The notes beneath the pieces were generated by a model, which was not told the DNA's origin, ran no database searches, and saw only the letters and a program-made list of their open reading frames with translations. Below, one piece after another: positions 10,307-20,799 of a DNA stretch of 64,000 nucleotides. The stretch is from IMG/VR virus record IMGVR_UViG_3300023202_000247, positions 248,001 through 312,000 of that record; one strand, written 5' to 3'. Numbering within the stretch: position 1 is the stretch's first letter; each line of letters begins with the position of its first letter. Both the position numbers and the translations under genes were made by a program.

Positions 10307-12354
10307 TGGCATATGATTCTGACAGTTTTAGCGTCGGTCCCATTCCGGGATTTGCCCGCGAGGGCACCGTAACTGGTGTCAACCTCAATCGCGGCACGAT
10401 GAATATCAAACTCAATCTTGCAAAAAGTGATAAACAAACTTTTCGTGATATAGAGGTTGAAATTCCCGCGGCGTGGACGGGTCCAAATGGAGAATGGGCC
10501 GGCGGTTGTCCAGCTAGAGGAAGTACTGTTTGGGCTGTACTAGCTACGGGTGGCAGGTGGACTGTTTTAAATTATGTTCCAAGCGATGGTGCATTTGGAA
10601 ATCGTAACACACCAGATAGTGGTTTTTCAACATCTAAAAACATTTTATCCTCCCTGAAGCCTGGTAGATATGTTTCACAGGTAAAAAATAATGTAAGGCA
10701 TTTACTTGACCCCAACATTGGAATCCAGTTTGGGTCTCCTGTTGATTTCGTTCATGCTGATCCTACAACACCAGTTTCTAAACGTAGTATTTATTCATAC
10801 AAGTTCAAGCAAAGTTTTGCATTTACTGATGCATCTAGAAAAATTGAAGGACCGGTAAAAAGAGACAAAGGTTCCAATAGCCTAAGAGATATTTCAGGTT
10901 CAGCTCTTACATCACACTCTTATGATTCGTCTTTAACAACTATAGGGTTGGATCCTGTTACAGCAGCAGGACCAGCATTTATAAGAAACCCACCTTTCAT
11001 CGAAAGCAGAAAAGTTGTTTATGAGTACTCTTTTAGTTATGGCTATACAACCGATAGTGAAGAGGCAGTTGAATACGATACAAATATTCCACCAGATATA
11101 AGTGAAACGTTTAAAAGGCGTGATAGCAGGGCTGATGCTTTGAGTCTTTCTTTGGTTGAGCCAAATCAACTGATGGAAAGGATAGCTGGAACAGTTGTTG
11201 ATATTTATGGAAACATTTTGGATATCAACAGAAACAAACTGCCCAACGGTTTGATTGATGAATTGAATTTAAAGTCCAATGCTGAAAACCAATCGGCAAC
11301 ATTTGTCAATTTGCTTGCGCAAACGCGAAAGAGCATTGCTTATCATTTTGAATTGAATGCAAGAAAGAGCGAAGTTCCAAGCAGAGGAAGTTATTTCCCG
11401 GAATCAGACTCTCTGATAGATTACGCTAGAGACAGAAGTAGATTATCATTCGATGTAGATAAGGAAGGTCAGTTCAAGCTCAATGTTCCAGCGTCAAGCG
11501 AGACGGGCAATGTTGGTTTGTTAACACGTTATGAAAATTATAGTACGTTAAAAGCATTTGAAGATGATACAGACCCTAGAAATTTTGTTAGAAATAGTAC
11601 CGAAACTGATATTTTTTTGGAAAGTTATGGTGTTGGAGTTGTAAGTTTGACGGGCGATGATCAGGCTTTAGAAGGTTTTGCAGCTCCTGTTGATCGTATC
11701 ACGGATACACCAATAAAACTTGGTACTGCTTATCATAACTTACAAGATACTTTACAAATTCACAATAGAAGCTTGGAAGGTGATGATCTTCTACCTGTTC
11801 AGGTTTATGCAGATAGTTTGTTGAATGACACTTCATTGATTCCACCACCTGGAGACGTTGTAACTCCAAACATCACCGTCTCTGGTCCAAACGCAAATGC
11901 TGGTGGTAGAAGTGGAACAATTAATTTTGATGGAATGATTAGTTGTAATGTTGGTGCAAACACGGTTGATCGACAGTCTTTGTGGTTCGATACGGCTGGA
12001 GGTATCGTTGCAAACGTTGGCAGAGATGTTTTTGATAGAAGCTTGGCGGCTCGTTTTGATGGAGATATATTGGTTCAAATAGGTGGAACCACCGTATCAA
12101 ACGATTCCAGATTTCAGAATTTGAACAATGGTGTTAAAGATGGTGTTTTAGATATAAGAGTTGTAAATAATGCTCAGATGCACATTGTAAGAATAGATAA
12201 AACCGGAGTGTCTATAGCATCGTCTGGTCGTTTGGATATTTTCTCAGCACAGGATATGAAGTTTACAGCTTTGGGTGATATGATATTTGACGCTGAAGGT
12301 ATTTATATGTATGGCAAGAGATGGATTAAGCGTGAAGGAACGAAGACTATTTGA
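10306..12354 (+). CDS. Baseplate central spike (gp5/GpV-like)
   Basis: N-terminal OB-fold-like segment (GTVTGVN...EVEIPAAW...GGCPARGSTVW) and C-terminal short beta-strand repeats (IFSAQDMKFTALGDMIFDAEGIYMYG). Its start overlaps the hub stop codon. Confidence 0.55.
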   Translation: MAYDSDSFSVGPIPGFAREGTVTGVNLNRGTMNIKLNLAKSDKQTFRDIEVEIPAAWTGPNGEWAGGCPARGSTVWAVLATGGRWTVLNYVPSDGAFGNRNTPDSGFSTSKNILSSLKPGRYVSQVKNNVRHLLDPNIGIQFGSPVDFVHADPTTPVSKRSIYSYKFKQSFAFTDASRKIEGPVKRDKGSNSLRDISGSALTSHSYDSSLTTIGLDPVTAAGPAFIRNPPFIESRKVVYEYSFSYGYTTDSEEAVEYDTNIPPDISETFKRRDSRADALSLSLVEPNQLMERIAGTVVDIYGNILDINRNKLPNGLIDELNLKSNAENQSATFVNLLAQTRKSIAYHFELNARKSEVPSRGSYFPESDSLIDYARDRSRLSFDVDKEGQFKLNVPASSETGNVGLLTRYENYSTLKAFEDDTDPRNFVRNSTETDIFLESYGVGVVSLTGDDQALEGFAAPVDRITDTPIKLGTAYHNLQDTLQIHNRSLEGDDLLPVQVYADSLLNDTSLIPPPGDVVTPNITVSGPNANAGGRSGTINFDGMISCNVGANTVDRQSLWFDTAGGIVANVGRDVFDRSLAARFDGDILVQIGGTTVSNDSRFQNLNNGVKDGVLDIRVVNNAQMHIVRIDKTGVSIASSGRLDIFSAQDMKFTALGDMIFDAEGIYMYGKRWIKREGTKTI

Positions 12355-12360
12355 TATATT
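12352..12360 (+). promoter_or_regulatory. Putative extended -10 promoter TGATATATT, 8 nt before ATG 12369
   Basis: Copy of the recurring motif. Confidence 0.45.
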
Positions 12361-12368
12361 GGTAATGT

Positions 12369-13283
12369 ATGAACCGAAATGAACGCAAAATTCGTCAACG
12401 TTTTCGTGAAGATTGTAAAAAGTTTAAACCAAACTATGTTCCATCAGATTATGATTATCTAAAGTTTAAGGTTTGTAATATTTGTTTTAATTTCTTTTCA
12501 AGAAAAAAATTAACATATAGATGCGATAGTTGCAGGTACAAAAAAAGAAAACATAATGAACGCATTGCTCACTTAAATAAGATGAAATTAAAATATAAAA
12601 AGCAATGCAAAAAGCTTTATGGAGAAAATTATATACCATCAGATGACGAATATCTATTTCATAAATTTTGTAAAAAATGTAATAGCATAAAAAACTTAAA
12701 ATGCTTTAGTTTTAAACGTGCAAACATGTGTTTAAATTGTAGCAACAAATCAAGACGTTTATCTCAAAAAAAATTTCATGAAAATAATCCAGATGCTTCT
12801 TCTATATATAGAAGAAAAACTTATTTAAAAAATAAGAAAAAAATTCTTGAAAAGCAAAGAAAAGACCGTAAAAAGCCAGAAAATTTAGTAAAAGAACGAG
12901 AGCGAAAAAGAAAATATAGAATGAGAAGACCGGACCCTCGCAAAACAAATATATGTTTGAGACTTCATCATAGTATTTCTGTTATAATACGTTCTGCTAT
13001 TAAAAAAGATAGAGAATCTATAAAACATAAACTTGATTATACTATATATGAACTTAAAAAGCATTTAGAAGCACAATTTGAACCATGGATGAGCTGGGAT
13101 AATTGGGGTATATATGATCCATCAACATGGACATGGCAAATTGATCATATTATACCACGGAGTAATCTACAATATAAAACAATGGATGATGAAAATTTTA
13201 AAAAATGCTGGGCCTTAGATAATTTACGACCTCTTAACTCTAAAGTTAATATAATGGATGGTGTAAATAGAAGGAGGCATTAA
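12369..13283 (+). CDS. HNH homing endonuclease
   Basis: C-terminal ELKKHLEAQFEPWMSWDNWG...WQIDHIIP...NLRPL...N motif, N-terminal CxxC pairs and a Lys/Arg-rich linker. Visibly more AT-rich than its neighbours. Confidence 0.85.
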   Translation: MNRNERKIRQRFREDCKKFKPNYVPSDYDYLKFKVCNICFNFFSRKKLTYRCDSCRYKKRKHNERIAHLNKMKLKYKKQCKKLYGENYIPSDDEYLFHKFCKKCNSIKNLKCFSFKRANMCLNCSNKSRRLSQKKFHENNPDASSIYRRKTYLKNKKKILEKQRKDRKKPENLVKERERKRKYRMRRPDPRKTNICLRLHHSISVIIRSAIKKDRESIKHKLDYTIYELKKHLEAQFEPWMSWDNWGIYDPSTWTWQIDHIIPRSNLQYKTMDDENFKKCWALDNLRPLNSKVNIMDGVNRRRH

Positions 13284-13284
13284 A

Positions 13285-15366
13285 ATGCCGTGCGACCCCG
13301 GAGCTAACACCCTTAACCCTTTGGCGCTAGGCCCACCGCCCGCAGTGCCTGGGTTTGGTTTGCCTTTTGGACCCATTCAAATACCATTTCCCGACGTTCA
13401 GCTTCCGGATGGAATTCCCGAAGACCTCTTACAGCTCATAGAAGACTTCTTAACAAATTTCCCCGGTGGACCATTTCGTCCAAATTTTGATAATTTTGCA
13501 AAAGATGTACTCGACGCCTTGGCTAGTCTGTTCAATCAACTAGCGCCATACCTCGGTTTATACAGATTTCTTCAAGCATTACTAAATATCATTCTTTGTA
13601 TCATTGACATTCTTTGTGCAGCAACGAATCCATTTAGCATGTTACGTGCACTTCGTCGTTTGTTCAAACGATGCTTACCAGACTTTCTTAATCTTTTTCC
13701 ATGGTTAGCTTTGATAGCAATGATTATAGCATTGCTACTTTTGTTATTGGCACTCATACAATATCTCATAGAGCAAATCATTGCTTTGATTCAAGACATC
13801 ATTGAAAACTTGCTGTTGTTATCTGAAGCTGTTCTGTTTGATGACTCTGAGAGACAGCTTGCAGCTGCTAGAAAAATTGCACAAGTTCTTTGCATCATAG
13901 AGCAATTGTTTGCGATACTGATTGCGTTTCAAGCTATACTTGCAATTATTAGTGCACTTGCTGATCTCGGTGGACGTACTGTGTGTGGAAAGCAAGGTTC
14001 CACTGGCGGTGATGATTTCGAGTGTTGTCCAGATGATGTGTGTCCACCATTCATTTTTAACAATCCAGATGGTTTAACCGGTACACTTGGACAGCTTGTT
14101 TACTATCGAGAGATTGATAACAATGTATCACTGCTACCAGTTGGTATCGAACTGCCGCCAATACGAAACGAAAGTTGGCAATTCTTTGATGCTGAAACTC
14201 AAACGTATAACTTTAGTGACATCATAACAAAAATTGATGATAATATATTTTGGCCTGAAGGTCAAACTTATGATGCTGATGCAACTGTAAAGAGAATACC
14301 TTATATTTTGGATATGCGTCTAACAGTTGATCCGGCAACATTCAACCTGCCAGATCCGGTTGGTGGCAGTCGTGAGTTTTTCATCAAAGATGTTGTTGTT
14401 ATACGAAAACCAACACTTACTGTTACTGATTATGATGGCACCACCACTCCAGAAACAAACGGAGTATTGCGCTTGGAAGGTGGTCTCGTTTATGAAAGTG
14501 ATGAAACAACACCATTCGATGTAGGTGGCAGTCAAGCAACTCTAAATGATTTCATACATTTAACTTCAGGCATTGGATTGCCTTCTAGTGATGATGGTTA
14601 TGTTATCTCTAATATTTCTTATACATTGAGAATCAACCATCCGGTGCTCATACAAGAGGCATTGATTACGATGGGATGTGATCCTGATTTGCAAATCGAG
14701 ACCACTGCTCTCAATAGCACATTGGAAATTACTAGTGTGTTGAGCAGAATTGGAGAGTTGCCAGATGTAGCTGGCACAGTTGATTGTTTGAATGATACTA
14801 TCGCTTCTATTAGAAGTGATGTATCACCAACAAATGTTGCTACTCAAAGCGCAAACCTTCAAACATGTTTGAATGATTTGAGAGAACAAACGTTAACAAC
14901 ATATGAAAATGCAGTTACTGCTGGAACCAATGTCTACTCTAGCACGATTGAGTTGGATACCGATGTTCAATTCATCAACAATCCTATAAATGTTAAAGTT
15001 ACATTAAAAGATGCTGGTGGTACTACACTAAGCTTTAGAGTTCCAAATGACGTTGAAAACTCACTATCTTCTAAGATTGTAGGAGATCCATCTCTGGGAA
15101 CGATAACAAACTTTGCATTTGACGGCTATGAATCTTTTGTTGCAGAGCTTACATCGCCGACACCTGGCGATGGATATTTGGGAGTATCATTCGATAATCA
15201 GGTATTTAGTAGTATAATCAATCGAGATAACGATGATTTGCCAACAACTATAATAGAAAATAAGGTTCCATATACGTTTGTTGGCACTCCAGTATCTGCT
15301 GTTTCTGATGAAAATGGTCTGGAGCGTCGTGATGAGGTTGATATCGGAATTGATGGAAGCTCATAA
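13285..15366 (+). CDS. Putative virion protein with long hydrophobic helical N-terminal region
   Basis: 693 aa inside the baseplate module, with a Pro-rich N-terminus followed by Leu/Ile-rich stretches such as WLALIAMIIALLLLLLALIQYLI. Confidence 0.5.
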   Translation: MPCDPGANTLNPLALGPPPAVPGFGLPFGPIQIPFPDVQLPDGIPEDLLQLIEDFLTNFPGGPFRPNFDNFAKDVLDALASLFNQLAPYLGLYRFLQALLNIILCIIDILCAATNPFSMLRALRRLFKRCLPDFLNLFPWLALIAMIIALLLLLLALIQYLIEQIIALIQDIIENLLLLSEAVLFDDSERQLAAARKIAQVLCIIEQLFAILIAFQAILAIISALADLGGRTVCGKQGSTGGDDFECCPDDVCPPFIFNNPDGLTGTLGQLVYYREIDNNVSLLPVGIELPPIRNESWQFFDAETQTYNFSDIITKIDDNIFWPEGQTYDADATVKRIPYILDMRLTVDPATFNLPDPVGGSREFFIKDVVVIRKPTLTVTDYDGTTTPETNGVLRLEGGLVYESDETTPFDVGGSQATLNDFIHLTSGIGLPSSDDGYVISNISYTLRINHPVLIQEALITMGCDPDLQIETTALNSTLEITSVLSRIGELPDVAGTVDCLNDTIASIRSDVSPTNVATQSANLQTCLNDLREQTLTTYENAVTAGTNVYSSTIELDTDVQFINNPINVKVTLKDAGGTTLSFRVPNDVENSLSSKIVGDPSLGTITNFAFDGYESFVAELTSPTPGDGYLGVSFDNQVFSSIINRDNDDLPTTIIENKVPYTFVGTPVSAVSDENGLERRDEVDIGIDGSS

Positions 15367-17054
15367 TGGCCCTACCTGAAGAAATAAAAGAAAACGATAT
15401 AGAAGATATCCAAACAATTGAGCTCGATCTTCAAGCTCTCGTGGACAAGTATGTCAAACCCATTGAGCAATTCAGGAGTGCTGCGGCACCAGCTCAATTG
15501 TTAGCTCGTTCCGTACGCAGGAATGACTTTACTGTCACCGGGATAACTCAGGCTTTGAGTGATGAGTTGAACAGAGCAAGTTTTGATCCATCAGAGGCTC
15601 AAGAAAGCCGAGCGCATTGTTTTTATAGAATGATTGGCTTGCCAGTAATGGATAGTAATGGTCTTTTTTACAATCCGGGTTTCAATCCGAGACAGACTGA
15701 CAAAGAACTAATAGCAAATGCTAGAATTGCTAATGGTGTGCCAACAGCTGTAACTGAGTTACAAACACGAAGAGAGTTTAGCGCTAGAAATAGAAAGGCT
15801 TATTTCAAAAGGGCCGGTCTTGACGCTTCAATTTTCGCAGTTGCGATGTCTCTCATTCCAAAAACTACATTTCAAATCATAGATACGGCTTTGGGACCTC
15901 AAGATTTGGATCCTCAGACGTATACTTTAACCGACAGAAAACAGATTCAAACCAGATATACTGATTTGAATGGTAATGAATTGACAAAGTTTTTCGAAAG
16001 TGGAACTCATATATTGAGACCATTTTTAGTTGATCCAACTATTGCTGAAACTGTGATGCCAGAGCAACGACTTATCTGTCAACCATTTTTGAATGAAGCG
16101 GCTACCAGAATAGAGAAAAATAAAGAACTTCTCAGGCCGGTAATTGAATTCGTATTAAGGCTTAGACTGAGACAATCTCCAACAGATGCTAGCAATATTG
16201 CTGGGCAAGTTATTTTAAGCCTTGATAATAATGCTGATATTACCGGTTTGTCACAAGCAGAGTTAAAGCAATTATCGTTAGCTTTGCTAGATGAAAACAA
16301 GGTTGATGGGCAACAGGTAAACAGACTGTACACTACGCCGTTTGACATCGTTCAGTTGAATAAATTTGTTAAAACTATAAAAGGTTTAATTAAAAAACTG
16401 GTTGATGCTGTTGAAGAAATTTTTGATATAAGCAGAAACATACCTTGGACACCATTGCCTGGCGATCGTGGGCCCGAGTTTCCATCTGATTTGACATTTA
16501 ACGGATTGCTCATTGATAAGGTAAAAAATTCTGAATTAGAAAAAAGAATTCAAAGTTTGACAATCAAAGCGCAAAACTCTGAAAGACAGGGAAATGCTCG
16601 TATTGCAACTGAAAAATTTGCTCTAAGCATGTATGAAAACGTAGAAAAAAACTTTCAGGCGGATTTAGATGAGGCAAAAGATCAAAGAAATGACTTCGTG
16701 ACGAGAGGTGCGCAGGCTCTTGCCACGATTGAATACATTACAGGCGAGGTAAGTGGACTAGGATTGATAGACATTTTGTCAATTTATACTGCATTGTGGG
16801 CCATAGATTTGAACGTTTTGATTAGTTTATTAGATAATTCTGCTTTTGAAAGGCTATATGAGTTTAATCCTGATTTGAGAAATACTCAGGTACAAATTCG
16901 AAGAGATGGTGGTCCAGCATTTGGCGGTCTTGATGCCTTAGATCGTTTCGAATCACAAGTTATCAGCATACTATCTTTTGCAGAAAGTGAATTCGAAAAA
17001 CAGCTATCCAACCCAGTTGTTGGTGAGGGTGGCGAGCCTCCGAGGGAACAATGA
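15366..17054 (+). CDS. Hypothetical protein in baseplate module
   Basis: 562-aa ORF translationally coupled on both sides. No family recognised. Confidence 0.55.
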   Translation: MALPEEIKENDIEDIQTIELDLQALVDKYVKPIEQFRSAAAPAQLLARSVRRNDFTVTGITQALSDELNRASFDPSEAQESRAHCFYRMIGLPVMDSNGLFYNPGFNPRQTDKELIANARIANGVPTAVTELQTRREFSARNRKAYFKRAGLDASIFAVAMSLIPKTTFQIIDTALGPQDLDPQTYTLTDRKQIQTRYTDLNGNELTKFFESGTHILRPFLVDPTIAETVMPEQRLICQPFLNEAATRIEKNKELLRPVIEFVLRLRLRQSPTDASNIAGQVILSLDNNADITGLSQAELKQLSLALLDENKVDGQQVNRLYTTPFDIVQLNKFVKTIKGLIKKLVDAVEEIFDISRNIPWTPLPGDRGPEFPSDLTFNGLLIDKVKNSELEKRIQSLTIKAQNSERQGNARIATEKFALSMYENVEKNFQADLDEAKDQRNDFVTRGAQALATIEYITGEVSGLGLIDILSIYTALWAIDLNVLISLLDNSAFERLYEFNPDLRNTQVQIRRDGGPAFGGLDALDRFESQVISILSFAESEFEKQLSNPVVGEGGEPPREQ

Positions 17055-17482
17055 GTTTTGATTTGAAATTGAAACAGGGTGATTTAGCTATAGGTTCAGA
17101 TGGTGATTTAGCCATAGTTGAAAATTCAGAGAAATTGACACAAGAGGTTTTGAAGATATTAACAACTAGAATAGGAGCCAATCCATTTTTTCCATGGTAT
17201 GGTTCACCCATTGATAAATCTTTAATTGGAAATGCGTTCGAGGAACGTTTCGTGGCGGCAGTTGCCTCCAATCAAGTTCGAGGCTCTTTAGAAAATTTGC
17301 AACGTCTTCAAGAAGAAGAGTTAAAAAAAGGTGTTCTAATAACACCTCAAGAGCAAATAGCTGCGATACAAGACATAGATGTTAGAAGAAATACCGTAGA
17401 CCCTCGTTTTTATTCACTCACACTAACCGTACTTAGCAAAGCATTTACCAGGGTAAATACCAATCTTACAGTTTCTCTTTGA
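17051..17482 (+). CDS. Baseplate wedge protein, gp25/GpW-like
   Basis: 143 aa with GDLAIV...EKLTQEVLKILTT-x-x-G-x-NPFFPWYGS, a gp25-like motif. Lies upstream of baseplate J. Confidence 0.75.
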   Translation: MSFDLKLKQGDLAIGSDGDLAIVENSEKLTQEVLKILTTRIGANPFFPWYGSPIDKSLIGNAFEERFVAAVASNQVRGSLENLQRLQEEELKKGVLITPQEQIAAIQDIDVRRNTVDPRFYSLTLTVLSKAFTRVNTNLTVSL

Positions 17483-17491
17483 TTATCGACA

Positions 17492-17557
17492 AAAGCCTTG
17501 TGGTATGCATTGTTTTGCATATCGATGATATATAAATACCTGGATTAACAAGGCTTT
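17492..17557 (+). promoter_or_regulatory. Intergenic inverted repeats around a promoter-like motif upstream of baseplate J
   Basis: AAAGCCTTG (17492-17500) is complementary to CAAGGCTTT (17549-17557). There is an inner TATGCA/TGCATA pair, and TGATATATAAATA starts at 17526. Confidence 0.45.
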
Positions 17558-17559
17558 AA

Positions 17560-20500
17560 ATGGTTCGCATACGCAAAGTAAATGATATTATATTAAGCTC
17601 TCTAGATTTCTATCGTTCAGCTCAACCGCGCCTAGATACGAAGCCTGGAACCATATCCAGAGATATTCTGGTGGATGGCCCATCTGCGCAAATAGCTAGA
17701 TTGTATGAAGAGTTGGCGCGCATCAAAGATTCTCAGTCAATTAGAACGGCTCTCGGTGTCGATCTTGATAGGCTTGGAGCAAACTTTGGCAAGAGTAGAA
17801 AACAGGGTAGCAAGGCTAGCGGGCAAGCTTTAGTTACTTTCAACGAGATAGATGCTGATATTCCAATTAGTCGTGGTGATATCGTAACAGCAAATAATGG
17901 TGCAACATTTACAGTAACAACAAATACGACTGTTGCGGCAAATAATATAAATGTTTATAGAGCTACTGCCTCTAAGTTTAGAAGCGATTTAGATTTTGTT
18001 GGAATAACGGATCAATATGCTGTTGAGGTTTCGGTTGAGGCAACAGCCATCGGTCGATTGGGAAATGTTAGCAAATATTCCCTTGCTACCATCAGCACCC
18101 CTGGAGCCAGCAATGTTACAAATGCATCTTCTTTTGGTGGTGGCACTGATGCTCAAGACGATGCAGCTTTCCGTAGTAATATTTTAGGCGTTTTTGGTGG
18201 TGCTGCGGCAGGAACAGAAGAGGGTTATCGACAAAAGGCCAGAGAAGACAATGCTGTTCTGGACGCAATAGTTGTTGGTCCTGGTAATCCTTTGATGACT
18301 CGTGATGGTACACAGGTATTTACGGCCGAAGACGGAACTCAAACCATCATAAGTGAAGGTACTGGTGGAAAAGTAGATATTTATATTTTTGGTATCAGGC
18401 TTGTTGAAATATTAGACAGTTATATTTACAGAGATCAAAGTAACACTGGTGATCCAACTAATACAGCAAACGATTTTGTATTGGGACAAATAGAAGCTGA
18501 TGAGGGTAAAACTGTTGCTCGCAAGCGTTTGGATGATTTGCAAACTGGAGTTTTACCAAATCAACCGGCTAACGACATCATTGAGGTTAGTGGGTCCAGC
18601 AGCGGCTCTAATTTCACAGCAAAGAGCACTGATATTTTGGGAAGAGTGACGGGAAACTACGAATTGGTTCGTGATACCGGTGCGTTTGCAGGAAGCCCAT
18701 GGGGCTTTGACAAGCTCAGGTGGATTGATGATAGAATAAGAGATTTTAATGAATCACAAACAAAGGGTAGATTCAACGGACAAGACGCCTTGTCTTTCTC
18801 TGATGTCACGAGAGTTGGAGCTATAACTCAAGATATTACTGTTGTAAATGAAAATAGCAGGGTTTCTAGTAGTGACAGAACAAGCATACAATTGAGCCAT
18901 TCTCCAGTAGTTACAGTTAGTCGTGTTTTCAACCTAACAACTGGTGAGCGTTATGTTGTCTCCAGCCAAAATCCCGATGGTGATGGCAGTTTGAATGAAA
19001 CTGGTCGTATTACCATAAGCGGCAATACATTACCAGCAACTAGTGATACATTGCAGGTTGATTATACTTGGCGCTTGGAATATGATCCTAACTTTGATTA
19101 TGATAATATAGACAAAAGCTCCAACCCGAGAAGCGCCGTTGATAGTGTTGATTGGGGATTCAACAATGCTGTTCGCAGAGAGCAACAAAATGTTGTTGTT
19201 AATGGTAGTCAAAAAACAGTTACTGTTACACATCCAATTACATCTGTAATAAGCGTAAACACATTTGTAAGTGAGGCGAGCACTGTAACGTTGGTACAGG
19301 GTCGTTTGGCTGTCGTTGTATCAAATACAGTTGCGAATGTTGTTAGTATAGAAAAAGTGTCTGATGGTGCAGAACTATTTGATACCAGCAATGATGATGG
19401 AAGTATCAGTGGTCTAACCATATTTTTGCCAACAGACACAGTCGGCGTAGTTGGAAATTCAGTTACAGTAATTTATAATGCCGAAGACGTTTATACTTCT
19501 GATGGTATTAGTGGAAGTTTTAATGGTAACGTTATAACATTGAGTCAATCAGCATCAGTTACTGCTGGCACCATTGTAGAATGTAATTATATAGCAAATG
19601 TAAGAACAATTTTGAGCACCACTCTTTTGCCTGCGTTGCCAGCAGTGCGAAACGGTAACGCATTCAATACAACGTCACAAAACAATATCGGTACACAACC
19701 ATATACTTTCGTGTTCAGTGGCAATGTCGTTGAACAAAACTTGAGATTGTCACCGTCCAGACTCGGATTAACGATTGCTGGTAACATTTCTGCCGGTGTA
19801 ATTACCGTCTCTGGAACGACGTTTAGCGGTGTATTTGACGGTGTGTTTACTGTTGGAACCGCCGGTTTAACGCAAAACCTATCTTCACTCGTCAAAAATG
19901 CAATAGGCATAAGTAGCTCTTCTTCAATATCATCCAACTATGAAGTTGTTAGAGTAATAAGCTGTAGTAAAGTTACAGCAACTGATTCTAACGATGTTTT
20001 GAGCGTAGATCATGACTATGACATCAAAGGTTATGAGCTTAGAAACAATACGTTTGTTAAAGAGGAAGCTATTGTTGATTCAACATTATCAACAACAGAG
20101 TTTACACTTCCATCAACTGAAGGTAATATAGATGAAACACCAGAGGTTGGTGACAAGTTACAAGTAACTTTTTACATAGCAAATACAGATGCCAGTGAAA
20201 ACGTTTCATTTAGCAAATCTGGAACATTGTACACTGACAATATATTTGCAATTGTGGACACTATTGCAATTTCTAGTGGATTTACGAGTGGCGATTCACA
20301 AACAGCAAGTTTGTCCGTTACAGCTCAGAACCAGCCACAGGCTGGAACGAGGTATAATGTTGCATATGATTACATTGCTCCAAAAAGCAATGAGCGTATA
20401 TCTATCAGATATAACGAAAACAAGTTGGTAGCGGATACTACTTTAAATATTGAAAATGTTAGAACAATAAGTTCTGATGTTTTGGTTAAATCTGCATCTC

Positions 20501-20799
20501 CAATTTTAGTAGACGCAACTCTCAATATAGTTGTTTCACAGGGATTTGAAAGCTCTTCTACTTTGGTACAACAAAATGTGCAAGATGCTGTTACTAGTGC
20601 TTTGAATGCAACTAATCTTGGAACTATAGTTGATGCATCTGATTTGATAGAAGTTGCATATACTGTAGATGGTGTTGATCGTATAAGGGTTATATATTTT
20701 AATATCAATGGTCTAAATGGTAGTGCACTAAGTATAGAGGCAGAAGACAATGAATATTTGCAAGCAAATATTGTAACAGTTAATGTAGAGACTAGATAA
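17560..20799 (+). CDS. Baseplate J-like (gp6/gp47) wedge protein, extended
   Basis: N-terminal GVDLDRLGANFG-x-x-RKQG...VEATAIGRLGNV...GGGTDAQDDAAFR and C-terminal SDLIEVAYTVDGVDRI are baseplate J motifs. 1079 aa. Confidence 0.8.
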   Translation: MVRIRKVNDIILSSLDFYRSAQPRLDTKPGTISRDILVDGPSAQIARLYEELARIKDSQSIRTALGVDLDRLGANFGKSRKQGSKASGQALVTFNEIDADIPISRGDIVTANNGATFTVTTNTTVAANNINVYRATASKFRSDLDFVGITDQYAVEVSVEATAIGRLGNVSKYSLATISTPGASNVTNASSFGGGTDAQDDAAFRSNILGVFGGAAAGTEEGYRQKAREDNAVLDAIVVGPGNPLMTRDGTQVFTAEDGTQTIISEGTGGKVDIYIFGIRLVEILDSYIYRDQSNTGDPTNTANDFVLGQIEADEGKTVARKRLDDLQTGVLPNQPANDIIEVSGSSSGSNFTAKSTDILGRVTGNYELVRDTGAFAGSPWGFDKLRWIDDRIRDFNESQTKGRFNGQDALSFSDVTRVGAITQDITVVNENSRVSSSDRTSIQLSHSPVVTVSRVFNLTTGERYVVSSQNPDGDGSLNETGRITISGNTLPATSDTLQVDYTWRLEYDPNFDYDNIDKSSNPRSAVDSVDWGFNNAVRREQQNVVVNGSQKTVTVTHPITSVISVNTFVSEASTVTLVQGRLAVVVSNTVANVVSIEKVSDGAELFDTSNDDGSISGLTIFLPTDTVGVVGNSVTVIYNAEDVYTSDGISGSFNGNVITLSQSASVTAGTIVECNYIANVRTILSTTLLPALPAVRNGNAFNTTSQNNIGTQPYTFVFSGNVVEQNLRLSPSRLGLTIAGNISAGVITVSGTTFSGVFDGVFTVGTAGLTQNLSSLVKNAIGISSSSSISSNYEVVRVISCSKVTATDSNDVLSVDHDYDIKGYELRNNTFVKEEAIVDSTLSTTEFTLPSTEGNIDETPEVGDKLQVTFYIANTDASENVSFSKSGTLYTDNIFAIVDTIAISSGFTSGDSQTASLSVTAQNQPQAGTRYNVAYDYIAPKSNERISIRYNENKLVADTTLNIENVRTISSDVLVKSASPILVDATLNIVVSQGFESSSTLVQQNVQDAVTSALNATNLGTIVDASDLIEVAYTVDGVDRIRVIYFNINGLNGSALSIEAEDNEYLQANIVTVNVETR

